The notes beneath the pieces are model-generated. The model was not told the DNA's origin, did no database searches, and worked only from the letters and a program-made list of their open reading frames with translations. Of a stretch of 64,000 nucleotides of DNA, positions 27,593 to 36,863 are shown piece by piece (the first letter of the stretch is position 1; each line of letters starts with the position of its first letter). The DNA lies in the IMG/VR virus record IMGVR_UViG_3300027797_000013, positions 57,643 through 121,642 of that record. One strand, written 5' to 3'. The stretch comes from a virus. Made by a program: the position numbers and the translations under genes.

Positions 27593-28897
27593 TTATTCAG
27601 CTCCGTGCTTTTCCTCGTCTAGCATTTTAGTTTCAAGTCCAAGGAATTCAAGATCTTTTAATTTTAAAGCATTCCACTTTAAAGGTACTTCTTTGTTAAC
27701 AACGATACCTTCCATAGGAACATCTTTAGTGCATAATGGATCTCTCTTACCTAGAAACTCCTCGGATAGACTCTTAACAAAATTACTACTCCATTCACTA
27801 TCTTGAGGAATATCATACAGATCTTTAGCTAGCCCGTGGTAGTAACCGTAAACCGTTTTCAATCCTTTCATCTTGCAGTACTCTACCACTTGCGGAAACG
27901 TAAACGTAAAGCTCTCGCCATCGACATTAACATAGTCAATCTTGAAAATTAAGAACTCATTGTTACCTGGAGTTAAACCATAGTCGTAGTCTGGCTGAAT
28001 CAACTTCATACCATCATAGCCAATGATCTCTCCAGTCACTCGAATACCTTTATCCAGGAGGGGATAGATTCGCTCTGCAACATCACTCCAAGCATTTTTC
28101 TGTTCGCTTGAGTTAAAGTTGACACCATCTTTAGAATGACCCTCAGCATTTCGTACAACAGTTCTACTAGAGTAGATCATACCATATTCTTTTTCTACTA
28201 CTTTAACTTTAAAGAATTTGGCAATCTTTTCTACCCAGGAAAGCGGACGATTAACGAGAATATTTGCGACAATGCAATTACAGCCATGAAACTTATTCGT
28301 AATAGAGATGCAATCATTTGGATTTAAATCAAAAGCTCTAGTACGCAAGTTCTCGGTATCGCCATGGAATGCAAACTGATGATCAAGTAGTCTCTTGAAC
28401 TTAGGCTTAGACTCTTTCTGACCTTTCTCTCGCGCTTTCATAACCTTCGGAACGTACTTGCTGATAAAAATATCACCACACACGCTATCGAACTTGCGAC
28501 CAATTACACCATAAGACATATACACACCATACTCTTCTGAAACAAACAATTCAAAAGAACTAAAAGGTACGACGTAACCGTCACTATAAATTCCTCGCAG
28601 CTTAATCATACGAACCCGACCATTAGAGCCGAAGAATCCTTTCTGAGTAATATCCTTATTTAACGCGCAGTCGGAATAAGCGTTCGACCATCGTAGAAAC
28701 TTTTCTGAGAGCTGAGACTCAACAGGAAAGTAGACGTACACTTCACCCTTCTTCGCCTCGAGTCCAACAACAATCTTTGTATTTAGCACTTCAGCTACTT
28801 GTAATTTATCAGCATTAGGGTGCACGTTGACAGATTCTAGCTCCACAATACGAGCCAGATAATTTGGATTTGCATTCTCAGAGATTGAAAGACACAT
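27593..28897 (-). CDS. RNA ligase (DRB0094/Rnl5-like) with N-terminal OB-fold
   Basis: HPNADKL OB motif; motif I TNKFHG; GEIIG; EGIVV; K.K. Confidence 0.8.
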   Translation of the reverse strand: MCLSISENANPNYLARIVELESVNVHPNADKLQVAEVLNTKIVVGLEAKKGEVYVYFPVESQLSEKFLRWSNAYSDCALNKDITQKGFFGSNGRVRMIKLRGIYSDGYVVPFSSFELFVSEEYGVYMSYGVIGRKFDSVCGDIFISKYVPKVMKAREKGQKESKPKFKRLLDHQFAFHGDTENLRTRAFDLNPNDCISITNKFHGCNCIVANILVNRPLSWVEKIAKFFKVKVVEKEYGMIYSSRTVVRNAEGHSKDGVNFNSSEQKNAWSDVAERIYPLLDKGIRVTGEIIGYDGMKLIQPDYDYGLTPGNNEFLIFKIDYVNVDGESFTFTFPQVVEYCKMKGLKTVYGYYHGLAKDLYDIPQDSEWSSNFVKSLSEEFLGKRDPLCTKDVPMEGIVVNKEVPLKWNALKLKDLEFLGLETKMLDEEKHGAE

Positions 28898-28962
28898 ATA
28901 TATAAAGTTTTTAGATTGTTACAAAAGAAAGATCTCTTTGCAGAGGTCTGGGTTACAAACGA

Positions 28963-29235
28963 CTACTTACTTGGAGTTACCTGCTTAGATACCTCTTTCG
29001 GCTCTTCTTCTTTCGCTACGACATTATAGCCGATCGCAAAAGCAATATAAGGCTTTACACCTGCTACAGTAGTACTAGCGTAAGTATTGAATTCATGACC
29101 GCCTTCGGTTTTGGCGAGCTCAGATCCAAACTGCTTATTAGTCTTAGCTTCAGCGACTAGGCTTGAAGTCTGAGTCTTAACAGTAGTACAGCTAGAGAAG
29201 AGAAGAGCGAGTAGAGCAATATAGATTAGTTTCAT
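28963..29235 (-). CDS. lipoprotein
   Basis: Signal peptide with lipobox LFSSC. Confidence 0.7.
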   Translation of the reverse strand: MKLIYIALLALLFSSCTTVKTQTSSLVAEAKTNKQFGSELAKTEGGHEFNTYASTTVAGVKPYIAFAIGYNVVAKEEEPKEVSKQVTPSK

Positions 29236-29270
29236 ACGTTATTTTATACTAGAAATTAGTTTAATCAAGA

Positions 29271-30296
29271 TTAGTTATTGTAAATATCGAGTAACTTAAA
29301 TTGAAGATGAGGTCCTTTAGAGAAGATTTTTGAAGCAGCCATATTAAGCGCATTCGATTTGTACAAACCAATTTCGTCCTTTTTATGAGTAGCGAGATAG
29401 GTTGCGCGATTAAACATATCGTATAGGTTTTCGTTAGTATACGTATATCGTGCTTTCGAAGCGTTCATATCTTTAATAGGATATCCTGCTAGCTCTAGAT
29501 CGTTAACAGTACTAGTATATTCAGGAATATAGAGATCACGTTCATCACTACTTAGAACTTTTGCAATATCACTCAGCTCTGCAAATGATGCGCGTGAGTT
29601 CTTAAGCTTATTGACTTTAATGACAATCATATCAGAGCTATCCTGTTTCGAGAATTTGTTATACTGACGCTCAACATCTTCGTCAGATTTGAAGACTCGA
29701 TTAAAAAGTACTTCTTGAACCATTAGTCCGTTCGCGCAAGCGAGACGAAGATAATAGCTTTTGAAAGTATTACTAGTCAGACCTAGATTAGTAGAAGTTC
29801 CAGCTTTATAGCTATCGTTAGGACCGCAAGAAATTTCTTTCTCTTTAGTAGAGTTAATAACTAGCTTTCCAGTTTCAGGAAGATAGAAGATCTCAGTTAG
29901 AGTATCATTACTATCGTTGATAGCATTCATAACGCTATCGATTCGATTATCGAAATTTAGTTGAGTAGGTTCTACAAAAGAAGTTCCAGTAAAGATCTCA
30001 ACTTCAGAGTTATCGTTGACAACACAATTGAAGAGACGATTCTTATCGACTTTATTGATTGCTGATCGCACTTCAGCCCAGTTGAGATTAGTCACGTCGT
30101 CAGTCTCGTTAAAGATCTCTTTTGTTAGAGATTCTTTAATTCCGAGAGTATTCATAGTTTTACGAGTACTATTAAACTTATAACGATTATTAATATAAAG
30201 ATCATTTCCTTGGTTAGTAATATCTCGCACTGTAAAAGGGAGAATGGTTTTAGTTTTGATTTGATTTTTGACTTCTTCGATAGTAGCAGCGTTCAT
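29271..30296 (-). CDS. DUF932-like protein
   Basis: LRLACANGLM and LYDMFNRATY patterns. Confidence 0.55.
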   Translation of the reverse strand: MNAATIEEVKNQIKTKTILPFTVRDITNQGNDLYINNRYKFNSTRKTMNTLGIKESLTKEIFNETDDVTNLNWAEVRSAINKVDKNRLFNCVVNDNSEVEIFTGTSFVEPTQLNFDNRIDSVMNAINDSNDTLTEIFYLPETGKLVINSTKEKEISCGPNDSYKAGTSTNLGLTSNTFKSYYLRLACANGLMVQEVLFNRVFKSDEDVERQYNKFSKQDSSDMIVIKVNKLKNSRASFAELSDIAKVLSSDERDLYIPEYTSTVNDLELAGYPIKDMNASKARYTYTNENLYDMFNRATYLATHKKDEIGLYKSNALNMAASKIFSKGPHLQFKLLDIYNN

Positions 30297-30308
30297 ATTA
30301 TTATTATA

Positions 30309-30953
30309 TTAGAGTTCGTTAACGGTATTGTAAAACTTTTTGGCTACGATTTTTGGGAGACCGAATTGTTTAAACATTGGCAGGATCTCATTTCGAACCC
30401 AGTTACGTCTATACGTGTTGTCCTTATTGGTCTCATCCTCTACAATATATGAGGTGAGTTTGTTGTGCACGGTATAATTTACAAAATCTTCCTTTTTAGT
30501 TCTCATAAAAGGTCTAATGAGCATTTTTGGCTTAATTAGTTTACAGTTGTCTAAAGGAGTAAGAGTAGGTACAGGTACATACTCAGGACATCCTCTTAGC
30601 ATATTCATTACGTAGCCTTCAACCGCATCTCCGTTATGATGACAACATACTACATCACTGTATAGAGATTTAAAAAAATCCATTCTTTCCTCTCTTAAGG
30701 CATCTTCGCTCTTGGTCCAAAAAGCACCACGCGTACCAACTACGCATTCAGTAGAAAAATGATGACAAAACACTTCTACCATCTCTTGCATAGTATGATT
30801 TTGTTGTCTCAAATTATGATTAAAGTGAGCTACTTTGACTCGATCTCCGTAAAGTCTAATTAAGAGATGAGCTGCTGCGATACTGTCCACTCCACCAGAT
30901 ACAGCGACGTAGAACTCGCCGCTAGGAATCAATGAACGATCTAATTTAATCAT
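30309..30953 (-). CDS. tilS: tRNA(Ile)-lysidine synthetase (catalytic domain only)
   Basis: VAVSGGVDS PP-loop, HFNHNLR, HHNGDAVE, LIRPF, DETN...YRRNWVRNEILP. Confidence 0.9.
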   Translation of the reverse strand: MIKLDRSLIPSGEFYVAVSGGVDSIAAAHLLIRLYGDRVKVAHFNHNLRQQNHTMQEMVEVFCHHFSTECVVGTRGAFWTKSEDALREERMDFFKSLYSDVVCCHHNGDAVEGYVMNMLRGCPEYVPVPTLTPLDNCKLIKPKMLIRPFMRTKKEDFVNYTVHNKLTSYIVEDETNKDNTYRRNWVRNEILPMFKQFGLPKIVAKKFYNTVNEL

Positions 30954-30975
30954 ACCTTATTATATACAAGTTCAT

Positions 30976-31009
30976 AAAAAAGGCTCTCGCCAATTTGGCG
31001 AGAGCCTTT
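30976..31009 (-). terminator. rho-independent terminator after the porin gene
   Basis: AAAGGCTCTCGCCA/TGGCGAGAGCCTTT inverted repeat with T-run. Confidence 0.8.
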
Positions 31010-31024
31010 ACCGATTGCTTCTTC

Positions 31025-31768
31025 TTAGAATCGGAACGAGGCTTTCACACCCCAGTACTCTCCGTCTTCCTGTTGATTATAATCATCCTGTACAAAATTA
31101 TATTCAACGAATGGCGATACCGTCAACGCTTTGGTTACACTGTAATTATAAGCTAGAGAAAGGGTAGTATGAACAGCCTCTCCATCCTCTAGATACAATC
31201 CCTGTGTAGCCTTGCCGACGAGCGATTGAGTAGGTTGACCTTCTTTATCAACCGCAAGTACCCAAGGAGCACTAACTGACACTTCTGTATAATCTTTAAC
31301 ATCATCTTCGAGGCTGAAATTATAGACAGCTCCTAAGACAATATTAAAAGGCAAAGCATACTCGACACCACCGTATAGTTCTTGCTGAGTACCACCTAAG
31401 GCATCAGGAAAATCAAATACAGAGTAGCCTCCGAGCACGGATAGCTTGCCAAACTTTTGACGAACACCGACACGTCCATCAACTTGATCTTCATCAAATG
31501 AGTCAAACGTTCCATAAAAACCTTGAAACTCAAGAGTAGTGCTTTCTGTAACGTCATAGGATAGACTGAGTTGACCGAAGACGAGATCATCTCCAAGAGA
31601 TACTCCACGCCATAGATTCTCACTTGCATATCCAGACGATACTTCGCCATACAATCGAGTTTCAGAAGCAGTAACAACTACTGGTGGTGCTTTAACTGAT
31701 TCACCCGCGAAGGCTGGTGCACTAGCTAGTAGTAACGACGCAATGATATTTGTTAGTTTGTTTTTCAT
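31025..31768 (-). CDS. outer-membrane beta-barrel porin-like protein (start revised to MKNKL)
   Basis: Signal peptide ending AFA, amphipathic beta strands, C-terminal Phe. Confidence 0.75.
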   Translation of the reverse strand: MKNKLTNIIASLLLASAPAFAGESVKAPPVVVTASETRLYGEVSSGYASENLWRGVSLGDDLVFGQLSLSYDVTESTTLEFQGFYGTFDSFDEDQVDGRVGVRQKFGKLSVLGGYSVFDFPDALGGTQQELYGGVEYALPFNIVLGAVYNFSLEDDVKDYTEVSVSAPWVLAVDKEGQPTQSLVGKATQGLYLEDGEAVHTTLSLAYNYSVTKALTVSPFVEYNFVQDDYNQQEDGEYWGVKASFRF

Positions 31769-31785
31769 AGAATGTTTAAAATTGT

Positions 31786-31861
31786 TGGTAGGCCGTATTG
31801 GATTCGAACCAATGACCAAGGGATTATGAGTCCCCTGCTCTTACCGCTGAGCTAACAGCCT
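31786..31861 (-). tRNA. tRNA-Ile2 (CAT, lysidine type), copy 1
   Basis: Cloverleaf; GGGGA-CTCATAA-TCCCT arm resembling bacterial Ile2; tilS nearby. Confidence 0.85.
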
Positions 31862-32056
31862 GTATATAGTATTTTATACTATTAGTTTAAATTTGCAAGA
31901 TTAATTTTTAATTCTTCTAAAATTTCAGAATAAACTCTTATCATGAGTTTTGATTGATTACTTTTTGTCTCATCGAAAATCTTCTGATGTTCTTTGAGCG
32001 ACTGATCTATAACTTTAATATCCTCAGTTATAAACAAAAGATTCTCTTTGTCTTTC

Positions 32057-32281
32057 TTAGAGATTTTTGCCATATTTAACTTCAAGTGGATTCAAAAGAT
32101 ACTTAAATGTCGTCTTCTTTTTAAGAACGTTATGCTTAGTACGAACTAGTTCACCTTTCGTATTATAAGATTTAGAGAAACTATTATCTGCACCTGATTC
32201 TAAAATATTCATCATATAACCAACACGCTCAAGACGAGCTTTATCGTAAGATTTAAATTTAAATAGTTTAAGTAGATTCAT
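32057..32281 (-). CDS. hypothetical protein
   Basis: ORF. Confidence 0.5.
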   Translation of the reverse strand: MNLLKLFKFKSYDKARLERVGYMMNILESGADNSFSKSYNTKGELVRTKHNVLKKKTTFKYLLNPLEVKYGKNL

Positions 32282-32308
32282 ATATAATAGCTTTACTGTA
32301 TAACCTTA

Positions 32309-32674
32309 TTATAAGGTAGTTCCATTTGACTGTAAGCAATCCATAGAGAACATTTCTACATTTTCAGTCATGTCAAATTGCTGATTCATGATACCTAGTA
32401 GAGCATTTTTGCTATGCGAAGTATAGATAGCTACCTCTTTTTCGTCAATACTGCCAAAGTAATACTCAGTATAAGTCTCTTCCTCGAAACCAGTATAAGA
32501 CTCTGCCTCGAAACCTTCGCAATATTCTATAATATCTACAGGAGACTTATCCATAAAAGTGATAAACTGAGTCTCATCTATCTCTTCTAGCTTATAACCA
32601 ACTCGTGATGCATTATACGTACCAAATATATTTTCTGGATTACAAGTCGCGTAAGTCAAAGTAAGTTTGTGCAT
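32309..32674 (-). CDS. hypothetical early protein
   Basis: Behind a motif copy. Confidence 0.7.
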   Translation of the reverse strand: MHKLTLTYATCNPENIFGTYNASRVGYKLEEIDETQFITFMDKSPVDIIEYCEGFEAESYTGFEEETYTEYYFGSIDEKEVAIYTSHSKNALLGIMNQQFDMTENVEMFSMDCLQSNGTTL

Positions 32675-32698
32675 ATTATTATTATATTGTAGTTCGTT

Positions 32699-33163
32699 TT
32701 AAAATTCTCCAACAAATTGCCGACGATTATATTCTTCCTTGGTAAGACACTCTCCGTTAATCCACCAGGCCGTTACTGAACCTTTTGTATCTTCAACTGC
32801 AGGACCGTTATCGCGATGCAAGTAGCCATTGCGATACCAGACCTCGATATCGCTATCTTTATAAATCATTGCAGGACCGTCTTCACGATGACGCACACCG
32901 TTGCAGTACCACGCTACTGTACCGTTCTTATAGAGACGAGCAGGTCCTCCTTCACGGTGCAGTTTACCTTTATAATACCAGTCTTCAGAACCATCGACGT
33001 TCTTTAGAGCAGGTCCGTCTAATCGATGCATGAGACCATCGAGATACCAAGCTTCATCACCGTTCTCAAATACAATAGCTGGTCCATCTTCGCGATGCAG
33101 ATACATGTATTCCGGATCTTTGAAGTACATAGTTGTACCGTTGTAGCTAGTCTTTGTATACAT
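32699..33163 (-). CDS. LHRxDGPA-repeat protein (start revised to MYTKT)
   Basis: Five HR(E/L/D)xGPA...WY repeats. Confidence 0.8.
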   Translation of the reverse strand: MYTKTSYNGTTMYFKDPEYMYLHREDGPAIVFENGDEAWYLDGLMHRLDGPALKNVDGSEDWYYKGKLHREGGPARLYKNGTVAWYCNGVRHREDGPAMIYKDSDIEVWYRNGYLHRDNGPAVEDTKGSVTAWWINGECLTKEEYNRRQFVGEF

Positions 33164-33165
33164 AA

Positions 33166-33630
33166 TTATAGAATAAAGAAATAGTAAATTACGATTAGGA
33201 CCCATCCAATCAATCCTAATAAACATCCAACAGCAACGCCTTTTGCTGGGTCACTATTATCAGCTCTATACAATTCTTCAAGAGTCACCGCATTCGGAAC
33301 GACTACTGGCTCTACTAAAACAGGTTCCGCTGATAGAGTTTCAGTAACGGTTTGTTCGCGTTCTACTTTTACTTTTAGTACATGGTCAAGATTACAGTAA
33401 TGAATTACTGTAACAATCTTATTAGTATCTCCTTGCAACTTTACTACACTATCTGAGACCGAGATAGTATAATGTGGATACAAGCTAGATAGTTGTTGCT
33501 CTAGATAATTCTCTTGCTCTTTTGAGAGATTAATATCTAGTTTAATTCGGCCGCCGCCAGCTCGACTATCGTGACGCGCTTTGACGTAAAATCCTAAAAT
33601 ATTCCTAATTTGTTTAATTGAAGGTCTCAT
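33166..33630 (-). CDS. hypothetical protein with C-terminal TM helix
   Basis: Behind a motif copy. Confidence 0.7.
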   Translation of the reverse strand: MRPSIKQIRNILGFYVKARHDSRAGGGRIKLDINLSKEQENYLEQQLSSLYPHYTISVSDSVVKLQGDTNKIVTVIHYCNLDHVLKVKVEREQTVTETLSAEPVLVEPVVVPNAVTLEELYRADNSDPAKGVAVGCLLGLIGWVLIVIYYFFIL

Positions 33631-33705
33631 TGTGCTTATTATATATAAGTTCGTTAACTAAAATATTAAAGAAAAACCCATAAATTAAATTATGGGTTAA
33701 GAAAT

Positions 33706-33780
33706 TGGCTCCCAGGGCAGGGTTCGAACCTGCGACCTAGTGGTTAACAGCCACCCGCTCTGCCACTGAGCTACCTGGGA
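33706..33780 (-). tRNA. tRNA-Asn(GTT)
   Basis: Cloverleaf, loop CTGTTAA, GCCA end. Confidence 0.93.
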
Positions 33781-33813
33781 TTATAAAAATAATTATGGGA
33801 GGGTTAATTGAAA

Positions 33814-34023
33814 TCAAGCTACTGCTGCGGCTTTCGCTGCTTTACGCTCGTTCTTTTCGTCTGTAATTTGCTTGCGGCAAATCTTAACATTAGCGATTAC
33901 TTCTTGCAACGCTTTACGTGCTCGAGTACTAGCTGAACCATTACCTGATTGGAATTTAGTGTATTCACTCTGGGCTGAGGTTAGATGATGGGCTGCTTGC
34001 ATTAGTGCTGTGTCTGTTGTCAT
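33814..34023 (-). CDS. Hc1-like (histone H1-like) protein
   Basis: KF..GN.SA.TRARKALQE...RK.I..EKN pattern. Confidence 0.7.
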   Translation of the reverse strand: MTTDTALMQAAHHLTSAQSEYTKFQSGNGSASTRARKALQEVIANVKICRKQITDEKNERKAAKAAAVA

Positions 34024-34107
34024 ATTGTTTGTATTTAAAATATATGTCTTTAAAATTAAAATCTACAAAAACTTTCGTTATTCGTATAATGATTATATCG
34101 TAGTTCG

Positions 34108-34353
34108 TTAATAAACTGCAGCGCCGAATCCATCACCATATCCACCACCATTACCAGACCCGGAACCAGAACCAGCTCCAGACCTAGCTCCTTCTCCAAA
34201 CCCGTCTCCATATCCGCATCCACTACCATTACCCTTACCGAATCCCGACCCCGTAGCATTTCCAAAACCGTATCCAAGCCCAGTAGTATCTTCTAAACCA
34301 GATCCCCATTCTAGATCTGGTGAATATGTACTGTGTATATAACTTAGTTTCAT
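34108..34353 (-). CDS. Gly-rich (GxG)n mini-protein 1 (start revised to MKLSYIH)
   Basis: Leader aligns with paralogs. Confidence 0.75.
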   Translation of the reverse strand: MKLSYIHSTYSPDLEWGSGLEDTTGLGYGFGNATGSGFGKGNGSGCGYGDGFGEGARSGAGSGSGSGNGGGYGDGFGAAVY

Positions 34354-34357
34354 AAAA

Positions 34358-34630
34358 TTAATCTTCATCATAATAAGAATGATCGTACCCGTAATCAATA
34401 CTATAACCAGATCCTTCACCTAACCCCTCGCCTTCTCCGTCACCTTCTCCTCCACCATCTCCATGTCCAAACCCCATCCCTTCACCTTCCTTACAACCTG
34501 ACCCCTCTCCAGACGCATAGCAGGTGCCGCAGCAATCACCATAACCAAATGTAGTACCATGACCAGACCCACATTGATAAATGTAATCTCTTTTTTCAAA
34601 CATATGGTTACCTATTAGTAAATTATTCAT
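34358..34630 (-). CDS. Gly-rich mini-protein 2
   Basis: GxG repeats. Confidence 0.75.
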   Translation of the reverse strand: MNNLLIGNHMFEKRDYIYQCGSGHGTTFGYGDCCGTCYASGEGSGCKEGEGMGFGHGDGGGEGDGEGEGLGEGSGYSIDYGYDHSYYDED

Positions 34631-34648
34631 ACTTTCTTTATATTTAAT

Positions 34649-34936
34649 TTATAAATGATCTTGAAAATAATAAACATATTCATATTCAGTCATATCTTCT
34701 GCTCCATCTCCTGTACCATTACCATATCCATATCCCGTCCCAAATCCTGCTCCATCTCCTGTTTCAAATCCAGATCCAGAACCTTCACCATCTCCTGATC
34801 CATCTCCCGAGTTGTACCCACTACCATAGCCATCGCTATGACCGAAACCAAGGCCTGAGCCATCCTCTTTACCGTGACCTCCTCCAAATTCATCAACCTG
34901 TATAAATGTGTGATGTGTTTCTACTAAAGTTTTCAT
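34649..34936 (-). CDS. Gly-rich mini-protein 3
   Basis: GxG repeats. Confidence 0.75.
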   Translation of the reverse strand: MKTLVETHHTFIQVDEFGGGHGKEDGSGLGFGHSDGYGSGYNSGDGSGDGEGSGSGFETGDGAGFGTGYGYGNGTGDGAEDMTEYEYVYYFQDHL

Positions 34937-34945
34937 AAATTAAAT

Positions 34946-35227
34946 TTATCCTTTTCCTGACCCCTCTCCATCACCTTGACCAGTTACTGCTCCATTACCC
35001 CAGCCACACGCCCACCATGATACCTGGCCTCCTCCTACTGGCTCTTCACCATTTCCATCACCATTTCCGTCACCATCTCCATCACCCTCGCCGTAACCAA
35101 AACCTTCTCCATTACCATATCCATGACCATTGGTATAGCCTTGAGCCGCATTGAACTTTTGCATAAGTTCGCCTGCACCCATATCTTCAAAATTATTAAT
35201 TAGAAAAGCTTCAATAAGAGAATTCAT
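34946..35227 (-). CDS. Gly-rich mini-protein 4
   Basis: GxG repeats. Confidence 0.75.
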   Translation of the reverse strand: MNSLIEAFLINNFEDMGAGELMQKFNAAQGYTNGHGYGNGEGFGYGEGDGDGDGNGDGNGEEPVGGGQVSWWACGWGNGAVTGQGDGEGSGKG

Positions 35228-35256
35228 AAAATTTACTTTTTTTTATTCTTAAACCC

Positions 35257-35508
35257 CTATCCACTACCATCACCATATCCCTCTCCGTCACCAAATCCAA
35301 GTATATAATTTCCTTTTTTACATTCGTCAGTACATCTGAATCTATATCCTCCTCTATATCCAATCCCTTCACCATCACCAATCCCTTTACCATCTCCAAG
35401 TCCAGCACCGTTTCCTTTTCCAGTTTCAGCTCCGTCTCCGAATCCAGTCCAGGAAGAAATTAATTCAATATATTCTTCTGTGTGAGAATGATGTGCTAAT
35501 TTTATCAT
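35257..35508 (-). CDS. Gly-rich mini-protein 5
   Basis: MIKLAHHSH leader plus GxG repeats. Confidence 0.75.
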   Translation of the reverse strand: MIKLAHHSHTEEYIELISSWTGFGDGAETGKGNGAGLGDGKGIGDGEGIGYRGGYRFRCTDECKKGNYILGFGDGEGYGDGSG

Positions 35509-35774
35509 ATATTTAATTTATTGTCTGTGACTATTCCTGCCCCATTTCCATCACCAAACCCACTTCCTCTTCCATTACCATATCCATAACCATCTCCCCA
35601 ACCGTAGCCCTCACCATCACCATCTCCTTCACCAATCCCATCCCCAAATTGGGATGATCTTAGCCAGTCTCTTCCATATCCAGATCCATCTCCAAATCCA
35701 GCTCCACATCCAAAACCAGCAGAAATAGCTTTAATGAATAAATTAGAATGTGAATGATGTGCTAATTTTAGCAT
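35505..35774 (-). CDS. Gly-rich mini-protein 6
   Basis: MLKLAHHSH leader plus GxG repeats. Confidence 0.75.
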   Translation of the reverse strand: MLKLAHHSHSNLFIKAISAGFGCGAGFGDGSGYGRDWLRSSQFGDGIGEGDGDGEGYGWGDGYGYGNGRGSGFGDGNGAGIVTDNKLNI

Positions 35775-35787
35775 AACTTTAAATTAT

Positions 35788-36027
35788 TCAGTTAATTGTA
35801 TACCCTGTTCCGTCACCTGTACCATCCCCTTTCCCTTTTCCTGATCTTTCATTATACCCACATGAAAATCCAGACCCATCACCAGACCCAGCTCCATCAA
35901 TAAACCCACAGCCAAACCCATAACCAAGACCAGAGCCATCACCTAAACCACAGCCAGATCCAGTTCCATCACCAGATCTACAGACCAAATCAGCAAAATC
36001 ACCATGGTGTCTATAAAGTAAATTCAT
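35788..36027 (-). CDS. Gly-rich mini-protein 7
   Basis: GxG repeats. Confidence 0.75.
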   Translation of the reverse strand: MNLLYRHHGDFADLVCRSGDGTGSGCGLGDGSGLGYGFGCGFIDGAGSGDGSGFSCGYNERSGKGKGDGTGDGTGYTIN

Positions 36028-36038
36028 AAAATTATCTA

Positions 36039-36233
36039 TTAAGACTCATCTCCAGCTCCATCGCCGAATCCATCACCGAATCCAGATCCTTCTCCATAGG
36101 CATCATTGTATCCACTCTCATGCCCTTGACCTGATCCCGTCCCATGACCGTATTCAATGCCAGATGAATCTCCATTCCCAGATCCACAGATCAAATCAGG
36201 AGAATAAAGATTATGTATAGAAAGTAGATTCAT
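36039..36233 (-). CDS. Gly-rich mini-protein 8 (start revised to MNLLSIH)
   Basis: Leader H..YSPDL shared with mini-protein 1. Confidence 0.75.
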   Translation of the reverse strand: MNLLSIHNLYSPDLICGSGNGDSSGIEYGHGTGSGQGHESGYNDAYGEGSGFGDGFGDGAGDES

Positions 36234-36248
36234 AAAATAAAAAAGAAA

Positions 36249-36365
36249 GAGCAGGGTAGGATTTGAACCTACACGGGCTAGCCTCATACCACCAAGGATT
36301 AATGATAGAATCGAACTACCTGCGCTAGCCCTGTTTCTGACCGTATACCTAATCGGACTCTGCTC
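36249..36365 (-). ncRNA. candidate tRNA-like RNA with two T-arm/D-arm pairs and no anticodon arm
   Basis: GAGCAG/CTGCTC acceptor-like stem, T arm GTAGG-TTCAAAT-CCTAC, inner GGGCTAG/CTAGCCC stem enclosing a second T arm GGTAG-TTCGATT-CTATC. Confidence 0.72.
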
Positions 36366-36376
36366 GTCTATTAAAC

Positions 36377-36745
36377 TTACTCGATAAACTTAATATAAGT
36401 AGCTTCCGCTTGCGAGGTTGTCGGAATATACTCAATAGCATTGGTTAGATAGACCTCACCAGTTGCATTCAAGCGACCACCTTTGATACCGTCATTAGCT
36501 ACAGCAGAGAGACTTAGACCGCCGCCTTCCCATTTCCATAGTCGCAAAGCGTTATCCAGCTTCACTTCCATAGAGTTATTAGGGTTAATATAGGTGACAT
36601 CTCCGATGTGAACACCTGCTGAATAGGTTCGAATAATACAGCGACGTCCAAGCATTGGATGGCTAGTTGCAGCTGGAGCGGAATTAAGGTTCGAGAACAT
36701 TGAAGCAATTTGTTTAGCTTCACGAATTGTCATATCTTCAATCAT
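36377..36745 (-). CDS. DUF6948-like protein, possible Sm/LSm-like fold (start revised to MIEDMT)
   Basis: IIRTYSAGVHIG...EVKLDNALRLWKW...LSLSAVANDG; the longer ORF start overlaps a tRNA. Confidence 0.7.
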   Translation of the reverse strand: MIEDMTIREAKQIASMFSNLNSAPAATSHPMLGRRCIIRTYSAGVHIGDVTYINPNNSMEVKLDNALRLWKWEGGGLSLSAVANDGIKGGRLNATGEVYLTNAIEYIPTTSQAEATYIKFIE

Positions 36746-36775
36746 ATTATTTGGTTTGTTTATTGGTTTGGAAAT

Positions 36776-36851
36776 TGGTAGGCCGTGTTGGATTCGAACC
36801 AACGACCAAGGGATTATGAGTCCCCTGCTCTTACCGCTGAGCTAACGGCCT
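36776..36851 (-). tRNA. tRNA-Ile2 (CAT, lysidine type), copy 2
   Basis: 3 differences from copy 1; C4:G69 and C5:G68. Confidence 0.87.
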
Positions 36852-36863
36852 ATTTTGAAAATT

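Noticed and set aside
34056-35408. Alternative-frame MVMV/DLD-rich ORFs (34056, 34690, 35211)
   Set aside because: Frame-shifted shadows of the Gly-codon repeats; the Gly frame carries the conserved leaders.
36249-36365. tmRNA or tRNA-Sec assignment for the tRNA-like RNA
   Set aside because: Too short, with no G3:U70 pair or tag ORF for tmRNA; the TCA is not in a stem-closed 7-nt loop as tRNA-Sec requires.
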